NCBI GenBank assembly: GCA_020632215.1
Contig: JACKFZ010000002.1
Location: 8,701-72,700 of the forward strand
Direction of reading: 5' to 3'
Origin: Candidatus Nomurabacteria bacterium
GTDB lineage: Bacteria; Patescibacteriota; Minisyncoccia; Phycocordibacterales; JAACPR01
DNA: 64,000 bases
The position numbers and the translations under genes are program-made. The number at the start of each line of letters is the position of its first letter. Positions within the stretch are counted from its first letter, which is position 1. Shown in pieces: positions 38,097 through 47,900 of this stretch. The notes beneath the pieces were generated by a model. The model made no database searches. It worked only from the letters and a program-made list of their open reading frames with translations, and was not told the origin of the DNA.

Positions 38097-39281
38097 CTAC
38101 TCTTCTATTGAAAAATCAACTATTTCTTTGAAGCCACCAGGAAAAGTTACCTCCATTTCATAAGTCCCTTCTGACACATCATCAACAAGAGTAAAGTAAG
38201 CATTGTATGACTTAGCCTGACCAGCATATATCACATCATCTAAATTAAAATAATCATTACAAATTCCCACATCTTCCAAACCATCAACGTCCAGTTTAAT
38301 GGCTTCACAAGAATCTAGATTATCAACAATACTACTAGAAGTGTTGTTTGCAATTGTTCCAGAAACAATTATTGTTTCTCCTGGCTTAAAAATTTCTTTG
38401 TTCAAAGTAACCTTAGTTGTCACACTTTCTTCTAAAACAGTATCTGCATCATTACTGATTTTAAAGTCAATATAAGCTTTGTTATTTCCTGGGAAAATAA
38501 CTGTTAGTTTATACTTTCCTTCTGCTATTCGTTCTGGTTGTTCTGGAACAAGTTCTACCTTATAAGTGGCTGATTCTCCATTTCTTAGAGTAATAACAGT
38601 TTCGTAAGTATAGCAAGGAAAAGGACCTTGAATGTAACCATAGTACGGTTTGTTAATATCGACAGTCATCCCCGTACAATTGGATACTGGACCTTCTATA
38701 TCTACCCCGGAATTATTTGTAATTTTACCTGTTATTAATATTCTTTCATTAGCTTCGTACTCATCTTTATTAGTATCTAAATACAAACTAATGCCTCCAT
38801 TGTTACTAGTTGATGAATTATAAAATGAACTGCTTGAGTTAGAGCCACAAGAAGTATTTATGAATGATAAAGTTCTGGGACCGACTACTCCAAAACCAGT
38901 TGTATTAGCGTCACCAGAAGAGACAATACCTCGTGATGCTTGGAATCTTTTAACGGAGTCGACAGTTACGCTTCCATAATATCCAGTAATTTCAGGGTAG
39001 GTAAAAAAACCTCTATCTCTGAGATATCTTTGCAAAGCGGAGACTTGGCCAGCAGTAGAAAAATCATTGTCACCAATATACATAGTTCTGTTGAAGATTG
39101 CACAAGACTGCCCCGAACCACTTGAGTTTGAAGTGGTGCTACCAGTTTCTAATTGACCCAATTGTTGCCTGATTCTCAATAAAGCTTGTTCAATAGTTTC
39201 CAAACTTTGAGCTTGGGCTACAGAAAAACCAGTAATGAGTAAGAAGGTTAATAATATTGATGCTAGTACTTTTTTTCTCAT
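38097..39281 (-). CDS. Secreted protein with peptidoglycan-binding (PG_binding_1-like) domain and two Ig-like repeats
   Basis: Signal peptide. GQVSALQRYLRDRGFFTYPEITGYYGSVTVDSVKRFQASRGI resembles the PG-binding three-helix domain. Two related C-terminal beta domains. Confidence 0.55.
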   Translation of the reverse strand: MRKKVLASILLTFLLITGFSVAQAQSLETIEQALLRIRQQLGQLETGSTTSNSSGSGQSCAIFNRTMYIGDNDFSTAGQVSALQRYLRDRGFFTYPEITGYYGSVTVDSVKRFQASRGIVSSGDANTTGFGVVGPRTLSFINTSCGSNSSSSFYNSSTSNNGGISLYLDTNKDEYEANERILITGKITNNSGVDIEGPVSNCTGMTVDINKPYYGYIQGPFPCYTYETVITLRNGESATYKVELVPEQPERIAEGKYKLTVIFPGNNKAYIDFKISNDADTVLEESVTTKVTLNKEIFKPGETIIVSGTIANNTSSSIVDNLDSCEAIKLDVDGLEDVGICNDYFNLDDVIYAGQAKSYNAYFTLVDDVSEGTYEMEVTFPGGFKEIVDFSIEE

Positions 39282-40090
39282 TGATTATTTTCTATATAAG
39301 ATTGATCTGATATTGTGCTAAGTTTTCTAACAAACATTATTATACCTAAACTAAAGAGAAAACCTGCAATTGAAAACAAAACATCCGAAATATCACCTTG
39401 CCAGTAAACTTCCGCTGTCTCTCGAAAAGCAAAAACTAGGTCAGCAGCAACCATAACGATCAGACCTAGATTATAGATAAAAAGACCAGAAAAAATCTTT
39501 CCCCCAGCCACAGTCAAGATAATAATAGACATGACTATCAGTATAAGGTCTGAGACAGAGTAGAAGAAATTAAAAAATGTCTCATTCAAACCTACTCCAT
39601 CTTCTCCACCCCACATTGGCACACCAACTAATTGGATAACAATATAGCCAACAATTAATAAAAACACAATAGCAGTAATAATTTTTCTGGCGTTAATACT
39701 ACTTTTGAAAATTTTGAAAAAATAGAAAAAAGCAATGATGTTAAAAATAGTATAAAGCAACCATAAATAGTCAGCGAAAGAAGGAAAAGGTAAATCATTA
39801 TCTAAGAAGATTGCATAGTATGCCCAAACTAAAAAACCAAATCCTAAAAATAAAGTAGAGATACTGGCAAACAACAAGCCTTTCGATTGAGCATTACTGA
39901 TACTCATCCTCTTGATTCCACGAAAGCCAAAAAATGATCCGTAGAGCATCACTAGAGCCATGACAGGCACGACCCATCTGTTAAAAGCCGTCTCATACCC
40001 ACTGTAAGTGATATTTAAAAATAGATGATATCCAAGTAGTAAGACAAAAATGATAACTAGATGAGTAGTAGCCTTTTTATAATTCATCAT
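39278..40090 (-). CDS. Polytopic membrane protein, hypothetical
   Basis: 270 aa with about 8 TM helices. It overlaps the downstream secreted-protein gene by 4 nt. Confidence 0.45.
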   Translation of the reverse strand: MMNYKKATTHLVIIFVLLLGYHLFLNITYSGYETAFNRWVVPVMALVMLYGSFFGFRGIKRMSISNAQSKGLLFASISTLFLGFGFLVWAYYAIFLDNDLPFPSFADYLWLLYTIFNIIAFFYFFKIFKSSINARKIITAIVFLLIVGYIVIQLVGVPMWGGEDGVGLNETFFNFFYSVSDLILIVMSIIILTVAGGKIFSGLFIYNLGLIVMVAADLVFAFRETAEVYWQGDISDVLFSIAGFLFSLGIIMFVRKLSTISDQSYIENNQ

Positions 40091-40183
40091 TATAGTAATT
40101 CTAAAAAGTATTTAGATTGAAAACAACCTAGTTATGCAATGAAAAAACCCTACACAACATGGTGTAGGGTTGAAAAAGAGACT

Positions 40184-42331
40184 TTATCCTCTTTGAGCTT
40201 TAATAGTCTGAGCTACATTTGGTGGTACCACTTCGTAGTGATCAAATTCCATGGTTGCAGATCCACGACCTTCTGTCATAGATCGAAGTCTAGTCGTATA
40301 TCCAAACATTTCTGACAGTGGCACAAGAGCATGTACTGCTTGAACACCTGGCCCTCTATCTTCCATACCTTGGACTTGTCCTCTCTTTGAAGATAAGTCT
40401 CCGGTAATATCTCCAGTAAATTTATCTGGAACAACCACTTCAACCTTCATCACTGGTTCTAGTAGTACAGGCTGTGCTTTTTCTGCTGCTTCTTTGAAAG
40501 CAAATGTAGCAGCTAGTTTGAAAGCAATTTCACTTGAGTCCACTTCATGATATGAACCATCGAATAGTTCTGTTGAAACATCAACCATTCTATAACCAGC
40601 AACAATTCCTCTTTCCATTGCTTCCTTAACCCCTTTCTCAACAGCAGGAATAAATTCATTTGGAACAACACCTCCTTTAATATTGTTAATAAATTCCATT
40701 CCTTCACTCCTTTTAACATTCTTAGCAATTTTCTCGTCAGGATCTGTGCTCTTTTCTAGTGGTTTAATTCGAATCTTAACGTGACCATATTGTCCCTTAC
40801 CTCCTGATTGTTTGATATATTTATGTTCAGCTTCAGCTGGAATTTGAATTGTTTCTCGATAAGCGACTTGTGGTTGTCCAACATTAGCTTCAACATTAAA
40901 TTCTCTTTTCATACGATCAACAAGGACTTCTAGGTGTAATTCTCCCATACCCGAAATAATAGTTTCTAGTGTTTCATCATCAGTTGTAACCTTAAAAGTA
41001 GGATCTTCATCAGCAAGTTTTCTAAGAGCCATTCCCATTTTTTCTTGATCTGCTTTTGTCTTTGGTTCAATTCGTAGCGAAACAACTGGCTCTGCAAATT
41101 CAATCTTGTGAAGTTCAATAGCATGAGCTTCATCACAAAGAGTGTCAGAAGTATGAGTATCTTTCAGACCAACAGCTGCAGCAATTTCTCCAGCATAAAC
41201 TGTTTTTACTTCTTCTCTTTCATTGGCATGCATTCGTAGTATTCGTCCCAATCTCTCTTTGTTACCTGTTGATGCATTATAAACATATGAACCTGCTTCA
41301 ATTTTTCCAGAATAAACTCTGAAGTATGTAAGCTGTCCAACATAAGGATCAGTCTGAAGTTTAAAAGCAAGAGCAGAAAAAGGTTCTTCGTCTGAAGCTT
41401 TTCTGTCTATTTCTTCACTAGTTTTTGGATCAACACCAGTTATTGGTGGGATATCTATAGGAGATGGTAGATAGTCGACAACGGCGTCTAGTACTAATTG
41501 AACACCCACATTTTTCAAAGCAGAACCTGTAAATACAGGCACAACATCACCAGAAATAACAGCTTTTCTCAAAGTCTTTTTCAAATCTTCTAAAGCAATT
41601 TCCTTTCCTTCCAGAAAATCATTCATTTGAGCTTCATCATTTTCAACAATTTTTTCAATAAGCTCGCTTCTATATTTTTCTGCATCAGCCTTTAGTTCTT
41701 CTGGAATATCAATTTCAATAACGTCATTGCCCATATTCCCCTCAAACTTGTACCCTTTCATCCTTAGCAAATCTACTACTCCTTCATGATTACCTTCTTC
41801 CCCAATAGGTATCTGAGCCCTAACCGCATTCTTTGTTAGCCGATCCAAAATAGATTTGTATGATCTTTCAAAACTTGCTCCTGTTCGATCTAGTTTGTTA
41901 ATAAAACAAATTCTTGGAACTTTATATTTATCAGCTTGTCTCCAAACTGTTTCTGATTGTGGTTCAACACCAGCAACACCGTCAAAAACAACCACTCCTC
42001 CGTCTAGAACCTTGAGAGATCTTTCTACTTCTGCAGTAAAGTCAACGTGACCAGGTGTATCGATAATATTAAAACGATGTTTAAAATCTTGGTTGCCTTT
42101 CTCGTAAGTAGGAATCCAAAAAGCAGTTGTAGCAGCTGAAGTGATAGTAATACCTCTTTCTCTTTCTTGTTCCATCCAGTCCATAGTTGCCTCTCCCTCA
42201 TGAACCTCTCCAATTTTATGAGAAACACCAGTGTAGAACAAAACACGCTCTGTTGTTGTTGTTTTACCAGCATCAATATGTGCAATAATTCCAATATTGC
42301 GAACTTTTTCTAATGGATAATCTCTCGACAT
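40184..42331 (-). CDS. fusA: Elongation factor G
   Basis: [20 protein letters not shown]..., 715 aa. Confidence 0.95.
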   Translation of the reverse strand: MSRDYPLEKVRNIGIIAHIDAGKTTTTERVLFYTGVSHKIGEVHEGEATMDWMEQERERGITITSAATTAFWIPTYEKGNQDFKHRFNIIDTPGHVDFTAEVERSLKVLDGGVVVFDGVAGVEPQSETVWRQADKYKVPRICFINKLDRTGASFERSYKSILDRLTKNAVRAQIPIGEEGNHEGVVDLLRMKGYKFEGNMGNDVIEIDIPEELKADAEKYRSELIEKIVENDEAQMNDFLEGKEIALEDLKKTLRKAVISGDVVPVFTGSALKNVGVQLVLDAVVDYLPSPIDIPPITGVDPKTSEEIDRKASDEEPFSALAFKLQTDPYVGQLTYFRVYSGKIEAGSYVYNASTGNKERLGRILRMHANEREEVKTVYAGEIAAAVGLKDTHTSDTLCDEAHAIELHKIEFAEPVVSLRIEPKTKADQEKMGMALRKLADEDPTFKVTTDDETLETIISGMGELHLEVLVDRMKREFNVEANVGQPQVAYRETIQIPAEAEHKYIKQSGGKGQYGHVKIRIKPLEKSTDPDEKIAKNVKRSEGMEFINNIKGGVVPNEFIPAVEKGVKEAMERGIVAGYRMVDVSTELFDGSYHEVDSSEIAFKLAATFAFKEAAEKAQPVLLEPVMKVEVVVPDKFTGDITGDLSSKRGQVQGMEDRGPGVQAVHALVPLSEMFGYTTRLRSMTEGRGSATMEFDHYEVVPPNVAQTIKAQRG

Positions 42332-42342
42332 AACTTCTGTAA

Positions 42343-42432
42343 ATTAATAGTTAATAATTAATAGTTAATAATTAATAGTTAATAATTAATAGTTAATAGT
42401 TAATACTTATCAATTATTAATTAAATAATAAA
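42343..42432. repeat. Tandem AT-rich 14-mer (agttaataattaat) array, a family A variant, upstream of fusA
   Basis: aattaatagttaataattaatagttaataattaatagttaataattaatagttaatagttaatac. Confidence 0.75.
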
Positions 42433-42485
42433 GCCCCAGGAGCACTGAAGTCCGTCCATCATAACAGAAAAGTGGGATTAGTAAA

Positions 42486-42575
42486 GTTAGACATCAGACA
42501 TCAGATGTTGGAAGATTCATTGATAACTTATGTCTGGTGTCTGAAATCTGACGTCTAGTCTTCAGTTTTTAGTGG
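42486..42575. repeat. Inverted-repeat element of GACATCA/GTCTGAA heptamers (family C) between fusA and the NTF2-like gene
   Basis: gttagacatcagacatcagatg ... tgtctggtgtctgaaatctgacgtctagtcttcag. Confidence 0.7.
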
Positions 42576-42616
42576 CTAGTGATCAGTGATTAATTTAAAC
42601 AATACTTATAATAGGA

Positions 42617-42979
42617 TTAGTAATTAGTAGTTCTCTCTATTATCTGATTATTCTCGTCAAACGTAAACTCATCTGTAAATTCAAAATTGACTTCTTCTCC
42701 ATCATCAGTACCAATAAAAGAACCTTTGACTAAAACAGAATTATTATCTGGATTATATATCAAACTACTTACTGTATGATTGCCAGAAAGTTTTCTATCG
42801 TTCATATAGAAACCCACAAGTTGTTCTCTACCCTCTAAGACCAAATTATTCCGTCTATATCTGATACTTTCAGAAAAAAGATTCCCCATACCATCCCAGT
42901 CACTACGATCTACTAACCGATAATAATCATTTGCAAGTCCAATAAGTACGCTTTCATTTTCAGGAGATTCAAAACTCAT
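42617..42979 (-). CDS. NTF2/SnoaL-like small protein, hypothetical
   Basis: 120 aa. The N-terminal half resembles the NTF2-like fold in a general way (DYYRLVDRSDWDGMGNLFSESIRY). The assignment is weak. Confidence 0.3.
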   Translation of the reverse strand: MSFESPENESVLIGLANDYYRLVDRSDWDGMGNLFSESIRYRRNNLVLEGREQLVGFYMNDRKLSGNHTVSSLIYNPDNNSVLVKGSFIGTDDGEEVNFEFTDEFTFDENNQIIERTTNY

Positions 42980-43069
42980 AAAATGTATACTATAAAAAAT
43001 ATGCTCAAATTACAATAATAAGAATGTTAAATCGCCTTTCACTAGTCACTAAAAACTGAAAACTAGAAA

Positions 43070-43519
43070 TTAATCTTCAAACTTCTTCCTTTCACTAATC
43101 AAAGCATAAAATATATATAGTGTAATGATTATTGGAATTAAACCAACTATTGCTACTCGGCTTGCAGATATATCACCATTTTGTATTTGAGGCAGACTAT
43201 TTATCATGTTTAGAAACTCAGGGGCAGCAAAAGCACTTTTTGCCAATGAAGCCAGTGAGTCCAGAAGAGCTAGGTAGTAGCCCCATTTAGTCATAGTTAC
43301 CAAACCGAATACTATAAATACATAGACTAAGATAAGTAGTGAGTCATGCATTACTATCTCTCCTATTCCTTGCCCTTCTCCTAAAACAGAGAATAGATTA
43401 AGTGATAAACCAATAATAGATAAAATAAATAGAGCGACTACGATTTTTATTCTCAAAGGAATTTTATTATTCTTATTTTTCATACCTAAAATTTTACAGA
43501 TTAAAAAGAATTCAGACAA
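43070..43519 (-). CDS. Small membrane protein, hypothetical
   Basis: 149 aa with 4 hydrophobic helices. Confidence 0.35.
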   Translation of the reverse strand: MSEFFLICKILGMKNKNNKIPLRIKIVVALFILSIIGLSLNLFSVLGEGQGIGEIVMHDSLLILVYVFIVFGLVTMTKWGYYLALLDSLASLAKSAFAAPEFLNMINSLPQIQNGDISASRVAIVGLIPIIITLYIFYALISERKKFED

Positions 43520-43524
43520 TAGGA

Positions 43525-43650
43525 GTTGTCAGATGTCAGAAAAAATTATAAAAAAATAGTAACTGTTGTCTAATGTCTGAAGTCTAGTGTCTGAAGTCTG
43601 AAGTCTGAAGTCTAGTGTCTGAAGTCTGAAGTCTAGTGTCTGATAACTGA
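43525..43650. repeat. Family C: tandem GTCTGAA/GTCTAGT heptamer array (about 11 units) with an upstream inverted copy
   Basis: ttgtcagatgtcag ... gtctgaagtctagtgtctgaagtctgaagtctgaagtctagtgtctgaagtctgaagtctagtgtctgat. Confidence 0.85.
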
Positions 43651-43654
43651 CTAA

Positions 43655-43840
43655 TTAAAGTCCTAAAATTCTCCTCTTTGCTTCCCTAACAACATTTTCA
43701 TCAAATGGTATCGCCATCAAAGCCATCTTTTCAATATGATCTTGTGTGGCCATTTCTTTACAAATCATTATGAGGCCTTCCACTTCTCTCTCATCAACAA
43801 TTCTTTGCTCTTCTACAATCAGAGAATCGTTTCTAAACAT
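43655..43840 (-). CDS. Small hypothetical ORF
   Basis: 61 aa. No features. Confidence 0.2.
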   Translation of the reverse strand: MFRNDSLIVEEQRIVDEREVEGLIMICKEMATQDHIEKMALMAIPFDENVVREAKRRILGL

Positions 43841-43906
43841 TTTTATATAATAACAAAAACCAGCACCCTATAGGTGCCAGTTTTTCACAAATAATAAAAT
43901 TGGAGA

Positions 43907-44377
43907 CTACCAAGCGAAGTGTGCAAATGCTTTATTTGCTTCTGCCATCTTGTGGGTATTTTCTCTCTTCTTAACTGCTTCACCTTCATTTTGACTAGCA
44001 GCAATAATTTCATCAGCTAGTTTGTAAACCATAGACTTTCCCTTTTTCGTATTTGCAGCAGCCTTGATCCAAGTCATAGCCAAGAAAAGTCTCCTCTCTG
44101 GTCTAACTTCCCGTGGGACTTGATAGTTAGCACCCCCAACTCGTCTTGATCTCACTTCCATTTGAGGAGCTGCATTTCTGAGAGCTTGATCAAAAACTTC
44201 TAAAGGATTTTCTACCTTTGCTTTTTTCTTTATTTCTTCAAAAGCGCCGTAGACAACTTTTCTAGCTGTCTCTTTCTTCCCCCCTTCCATAACGTGGTTA
44301 ATAAACTTCTCAACTTTTACTGAGTTGTACCTTATATCTGGCTTTACAATATTTCTATTTTTAACTGGTCTTCGCAT
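43907..44377 (-). CDS. rpsG: 30S ribosomal protein S7
   Basis: MRRPVKNRNIVKPDIRYNSVKVEKFINHVMEGGKK... Confidence 0.9.
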   Translation of the reverse strand: MRRPVKNRNIVKPDIRYNSVKVEKFINHVMEGGKKETARKVVYGAFEEIKKKAKVENPLEVFDQALRNAAPQMEVRSRRVGGANYQVPREVRPERRLFLAMTWIKAAANTKKGKSMVYKLADEIIAASQNEGEAVKKRENTHKMAEANKAFAHFAW

Positions 44378-44415
44378 GATTTTAGTTAATAGTTAGTAGG
44401 TGGTAGTTAATAGTG

Positions 44416-44829
44416 TTAATTTGATTTTGGTTTCTTAGCTCCATATCGACTTCTTCCCTTAGCTCGTTTTTGAACTCCTTCAGCATCCAAAACACCTCGA
44501 ACAACTGTATATCGAATGTTAACATCCTTTACTCTACCTCCTCGAAGCAATACTACTGAGTGTTCTTGTAGATTATGACCCATACCAGGAATATATGCTG
44601 TTACTTCCATACCATTTGTTAATCTAACCCTAGCAATTTTTCTAATAGCTGAGTTTGGTTTTCTAGGTGTCTTTGTTGTCACTTTTGTACATACACCTCT
44701 TTTAAAAGGAGAGTTATAGTAAGTAGGTCTATTTTTCAAAGTATTGAAACCACGTTGAAGAGCAACAGCCTTTGATTTCTTGGCTGTCCTTGTTCTGTTT
44801 TTTCTTACTAATTGATTGATTGTTGGCAT
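44416..44829 (-). CDS. rpsL: 30S ribosomal protein S12
   Basis: [25 protein letters not shown]...[17 protein letters not shown]. Confidence 0.95.
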   Translation of the reverse strand: MPTINQLVRKNRTRTAKKSKAVALQRGFNTLKNRPTYYNSPFKRGVCTKVTTKTPRKPNSAIRKIARVRLTNGMEVTAYIPGMGHNLQEHSVVLLRGGRVKDVNIRYTVVRGVLDAEGVQKRAKGRSRYGAKKPKSN

Positions 44830-44831
44830 GT

Positions 44832-44920
44832 GTATTTAGTATGTAGAATTTAGAATGCAGTATGTAATGTAATATGTAGAGTTATTTTATATACTACATT
44901 CTAAATTCTACCTTCTAACT
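44832..44920. repeat. Family B heptamer inverted-repeat element between the giant gene and rpsL
   Basis: tgtatttagtatgtagaatttagaatgcagtatgtaatgtaatatgtagag ... tatactacattctaaattctaccttct. Confidence 0.75.
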
Positions 44921-44984
44921 AAAAAGACCTCTTTCGAGTAGCTGATACTCTAATATATATGTATATTTTTTGCAAGTGCCTCAA

Positions 44985-47900
44985 TTACTGAGCGGTGCTT
45001 AGATTGTCACTATTTTGACTTGTTTGCTCAGTATTAGAATCTACTGGCTCTGTTACCGTAGGTTCAATAACCTCCTCAACAGGTGTTGTTTCATCTACAA
45101 CTGGCTCTGGTTCAGATGCTGGAGCTGGGTCTGTTACTTGCTCTTCTATAACAGGATTTTCCTCAACAGGTGTTGTTTCATCTACAACTGGCTCTGGTTC
45201 AGATACTGGAGCCGGGTCACTGGAAGAATCACCACTATCATCGATCAAAGTGTTTTGCAAAGTAGAACTAGTAACATCTTCAGGTGCAGTTCCACACTCT
45301 CCATTCCTTGTCACAGTCATTCCGTTCTTAATACTTAGACAATATGGTTCACCTGTTTCTTCATCATACAAAGTGATACCTGTAGGTTTTTCTGGAGAAC
45401 CAACAGTTAGTTTTTGGAAGACACTAACAACTGATGAGTAGCTATTGTTAGCAATATCTTGTACTTGTTCTGATAATGCTTGAATCTTAGTATTTAATTC
45501 TTTAATTGCAGAAATAATATATGGAATAAATCCACCATAAGATACTGATTTCAAATGCTCTCCATCAGGTGATGTTTTTACTAATTCTGGGAAAATACTT
45601 TCTACTTCTTGTGCAATTAGACCAATTCTCTTTTCGTTGTTTTCATCTGTCTTCCATTCAAATTCTACCGGTTTCAAATCTACAAATTTTGCCAAGATAT
45701 CTTGAGAGGAAAGTTCTGTGATTTCCTCTTTCAATCTTTGGTCTGATGTACAAATCCATGAAGCATCGCTTGGGTCTATTTCACAGTACGCATTTGCATC
45801 TTGGAATCTAACAGGTGAACCACTTGTTGCATGGAATACATGCAATGGTCGTACAGGTGAAGTGGTACCAACTCCAATATAGCCAGAATCACTTATAAAT
45901 ATGGATGTGTTTGACCCAGAATTTATTCCAAAACTTCCACTTGAAGTAATACCGTCTAAATCAAATGTGATTGTGTTTGTGGCATTTCCAAGAATGATAT
46001 TCCCATCTACCGCCAAATCATCGCCGACCGCTAGATTTCCAGCAAAGCTTGAGGTGTTTGTGGCATTTATTACTAATGCACCTCCAAATACTGATGTTGT
46101 TGAACCAACTCGTAAAGAGTCGACCACTGCACGGCCAGTTACATCTAGAGAATTTGCAAATGAAACATTTCCATTCTCATCCAACACAATTGAAGGAGTA
46201 GATGTTGGGGCGCTCAACAAATTGATTCTTTGACCAATTTCTTGAATAGCGTTTACTGTAACAGCTGCAATGTTTCCGTAAGAAATTCCCTTCTTTCCGT
46301 CTTCTCCATGAACAAGTTCTGGCAAGACACCTTCCAATTCTTGCGCCACGAATCCGATTGTCTCTATATATATGTCTTCTCCGAGTTCGTTTTGACCAGC
46401 TTTTATCTTATATCGTCGAGGTATTAAGTCCATAATCTCTGTTAGACCATAGTTCAAATTGACAATATCGCTTTTAATAGAAACATCAGAAGCGTTGGTC
46501 CATTCTCCTGCAGCATTCAAGGTTGCTGTGTTTCCTGCTCCACCTTCAAAGTTTAGAACTTGAGAAGTATTCATATAAATTGCGCGGTAATCTCCATCTG
46601 AGGCCTCTAGGTAAATTCCGCCAGACGCATCATTTGAAGACTGAGTAATGGCCAAAGCACTACTTGGTGATGATGTACCAATTCCAACACCCCCTGACAA
46701 ATAGTAAATATCGCTTCCTGATTGAGCCCAGAAGCTTCCGCTAGAGTCTCCCCCAATAGCAAAGTAAAATTCATCACCTTTTCCAGATGAGTTTGAACTT
46801 GCACTACTTGAGTTGATTCTTAAATTAAACCCATATGCTGTTTGGGATTCATCATCAAGTGGCGCAAAGACACGATCGCTGGCAACTGACCAACTTGTTT
46901 GGACTGATCCTAAAATAGCGTAGTTTGCAGAATCCATTGGGTCTTCAAAGTTAATCCAGTATCGACCTGTGGCAATTTCGGCGACACTATTTACATTTGA
47001 GCTACCAAATATAGCAGTTCTTTCCAAAGTCACATTTCCAGAAGTTGTTCCTGAAGTACCATGAGTAACTGTGAAGGTATTTGCATCTGCAACACTTGTA
47101 ACTGTGAATAATCCATCGGCAGCTGCACCAGTAGTGAAGTTCAAGTAAACTTTATGGCCCACAATATGTCCGTGTGCAGTTGCAGTGACAGTCACAGTAG
47201 TACCTGATCTTGAATATGTACCAGAAAGATCATCATCGGTCGGTCCATTAACATAAGCCCAAGTACTTGTCGCAGAATTTAAGGCGGAAATATCGGCTTC
47301 AAGCGCAACAATTTTGTCATAGATTGCATTTTTGGAAGCGGCACCAGTGTCGCTATCCCAACCCACACCAAAGGCGGTATCGGAAGGAACAATTGGAATC
47401 CAAGACCCTCCGCTGTCTTTGGCTTCAACGACTCCAGAGTTGTCTCGGACTCCATATCCGGTTGATCCAAAAGTGCTTCCAAAGTTTAGATAAGAAGGTC
47501 CAAGTTGTGCATAAGATGCACCATCAGTAAAAGATAAGTTTGTTGAAAGCAAGTCAAACTGATTACTTCCGCTATTAAGCGCGATGCTGTTGTAATTTAA
47601 ATCCAGACCATTACCACTATTCACCGTCTGAACAACAGAAATATCATCATAAACCGTCAAAGTTTTTCCTGTCTGCAGAGTGCTTGCGTTCAAACCAATT
47701 CCAACTTGATTTGCACTGGCATCAACAAACAGACCATGACTAGCGCCAGTTGCCTCCCATCTGAAATCTTCCGTAGTTCCACCAGATTCGTTTCCAACAA
47801 GACCAACTGATGTAGAGAAAGTTAACCCAGCATCGTCTGTTAATGTGTCGGCATCACTTGCAAAAGGAACTCTTCCTGCAGTCAAAGTTCCATCGATACC

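Noticed and set aside
42343-43650. CRISPR array interpretation of the heptamer repeat blocks
   Set aside because: The units are 7-14 nt with no 25-40-nt unique spacers, there are no cas genes, and the arrays are inverted or palindromic. They are microsatellite or inverted-repeat elements, not CRISPR.
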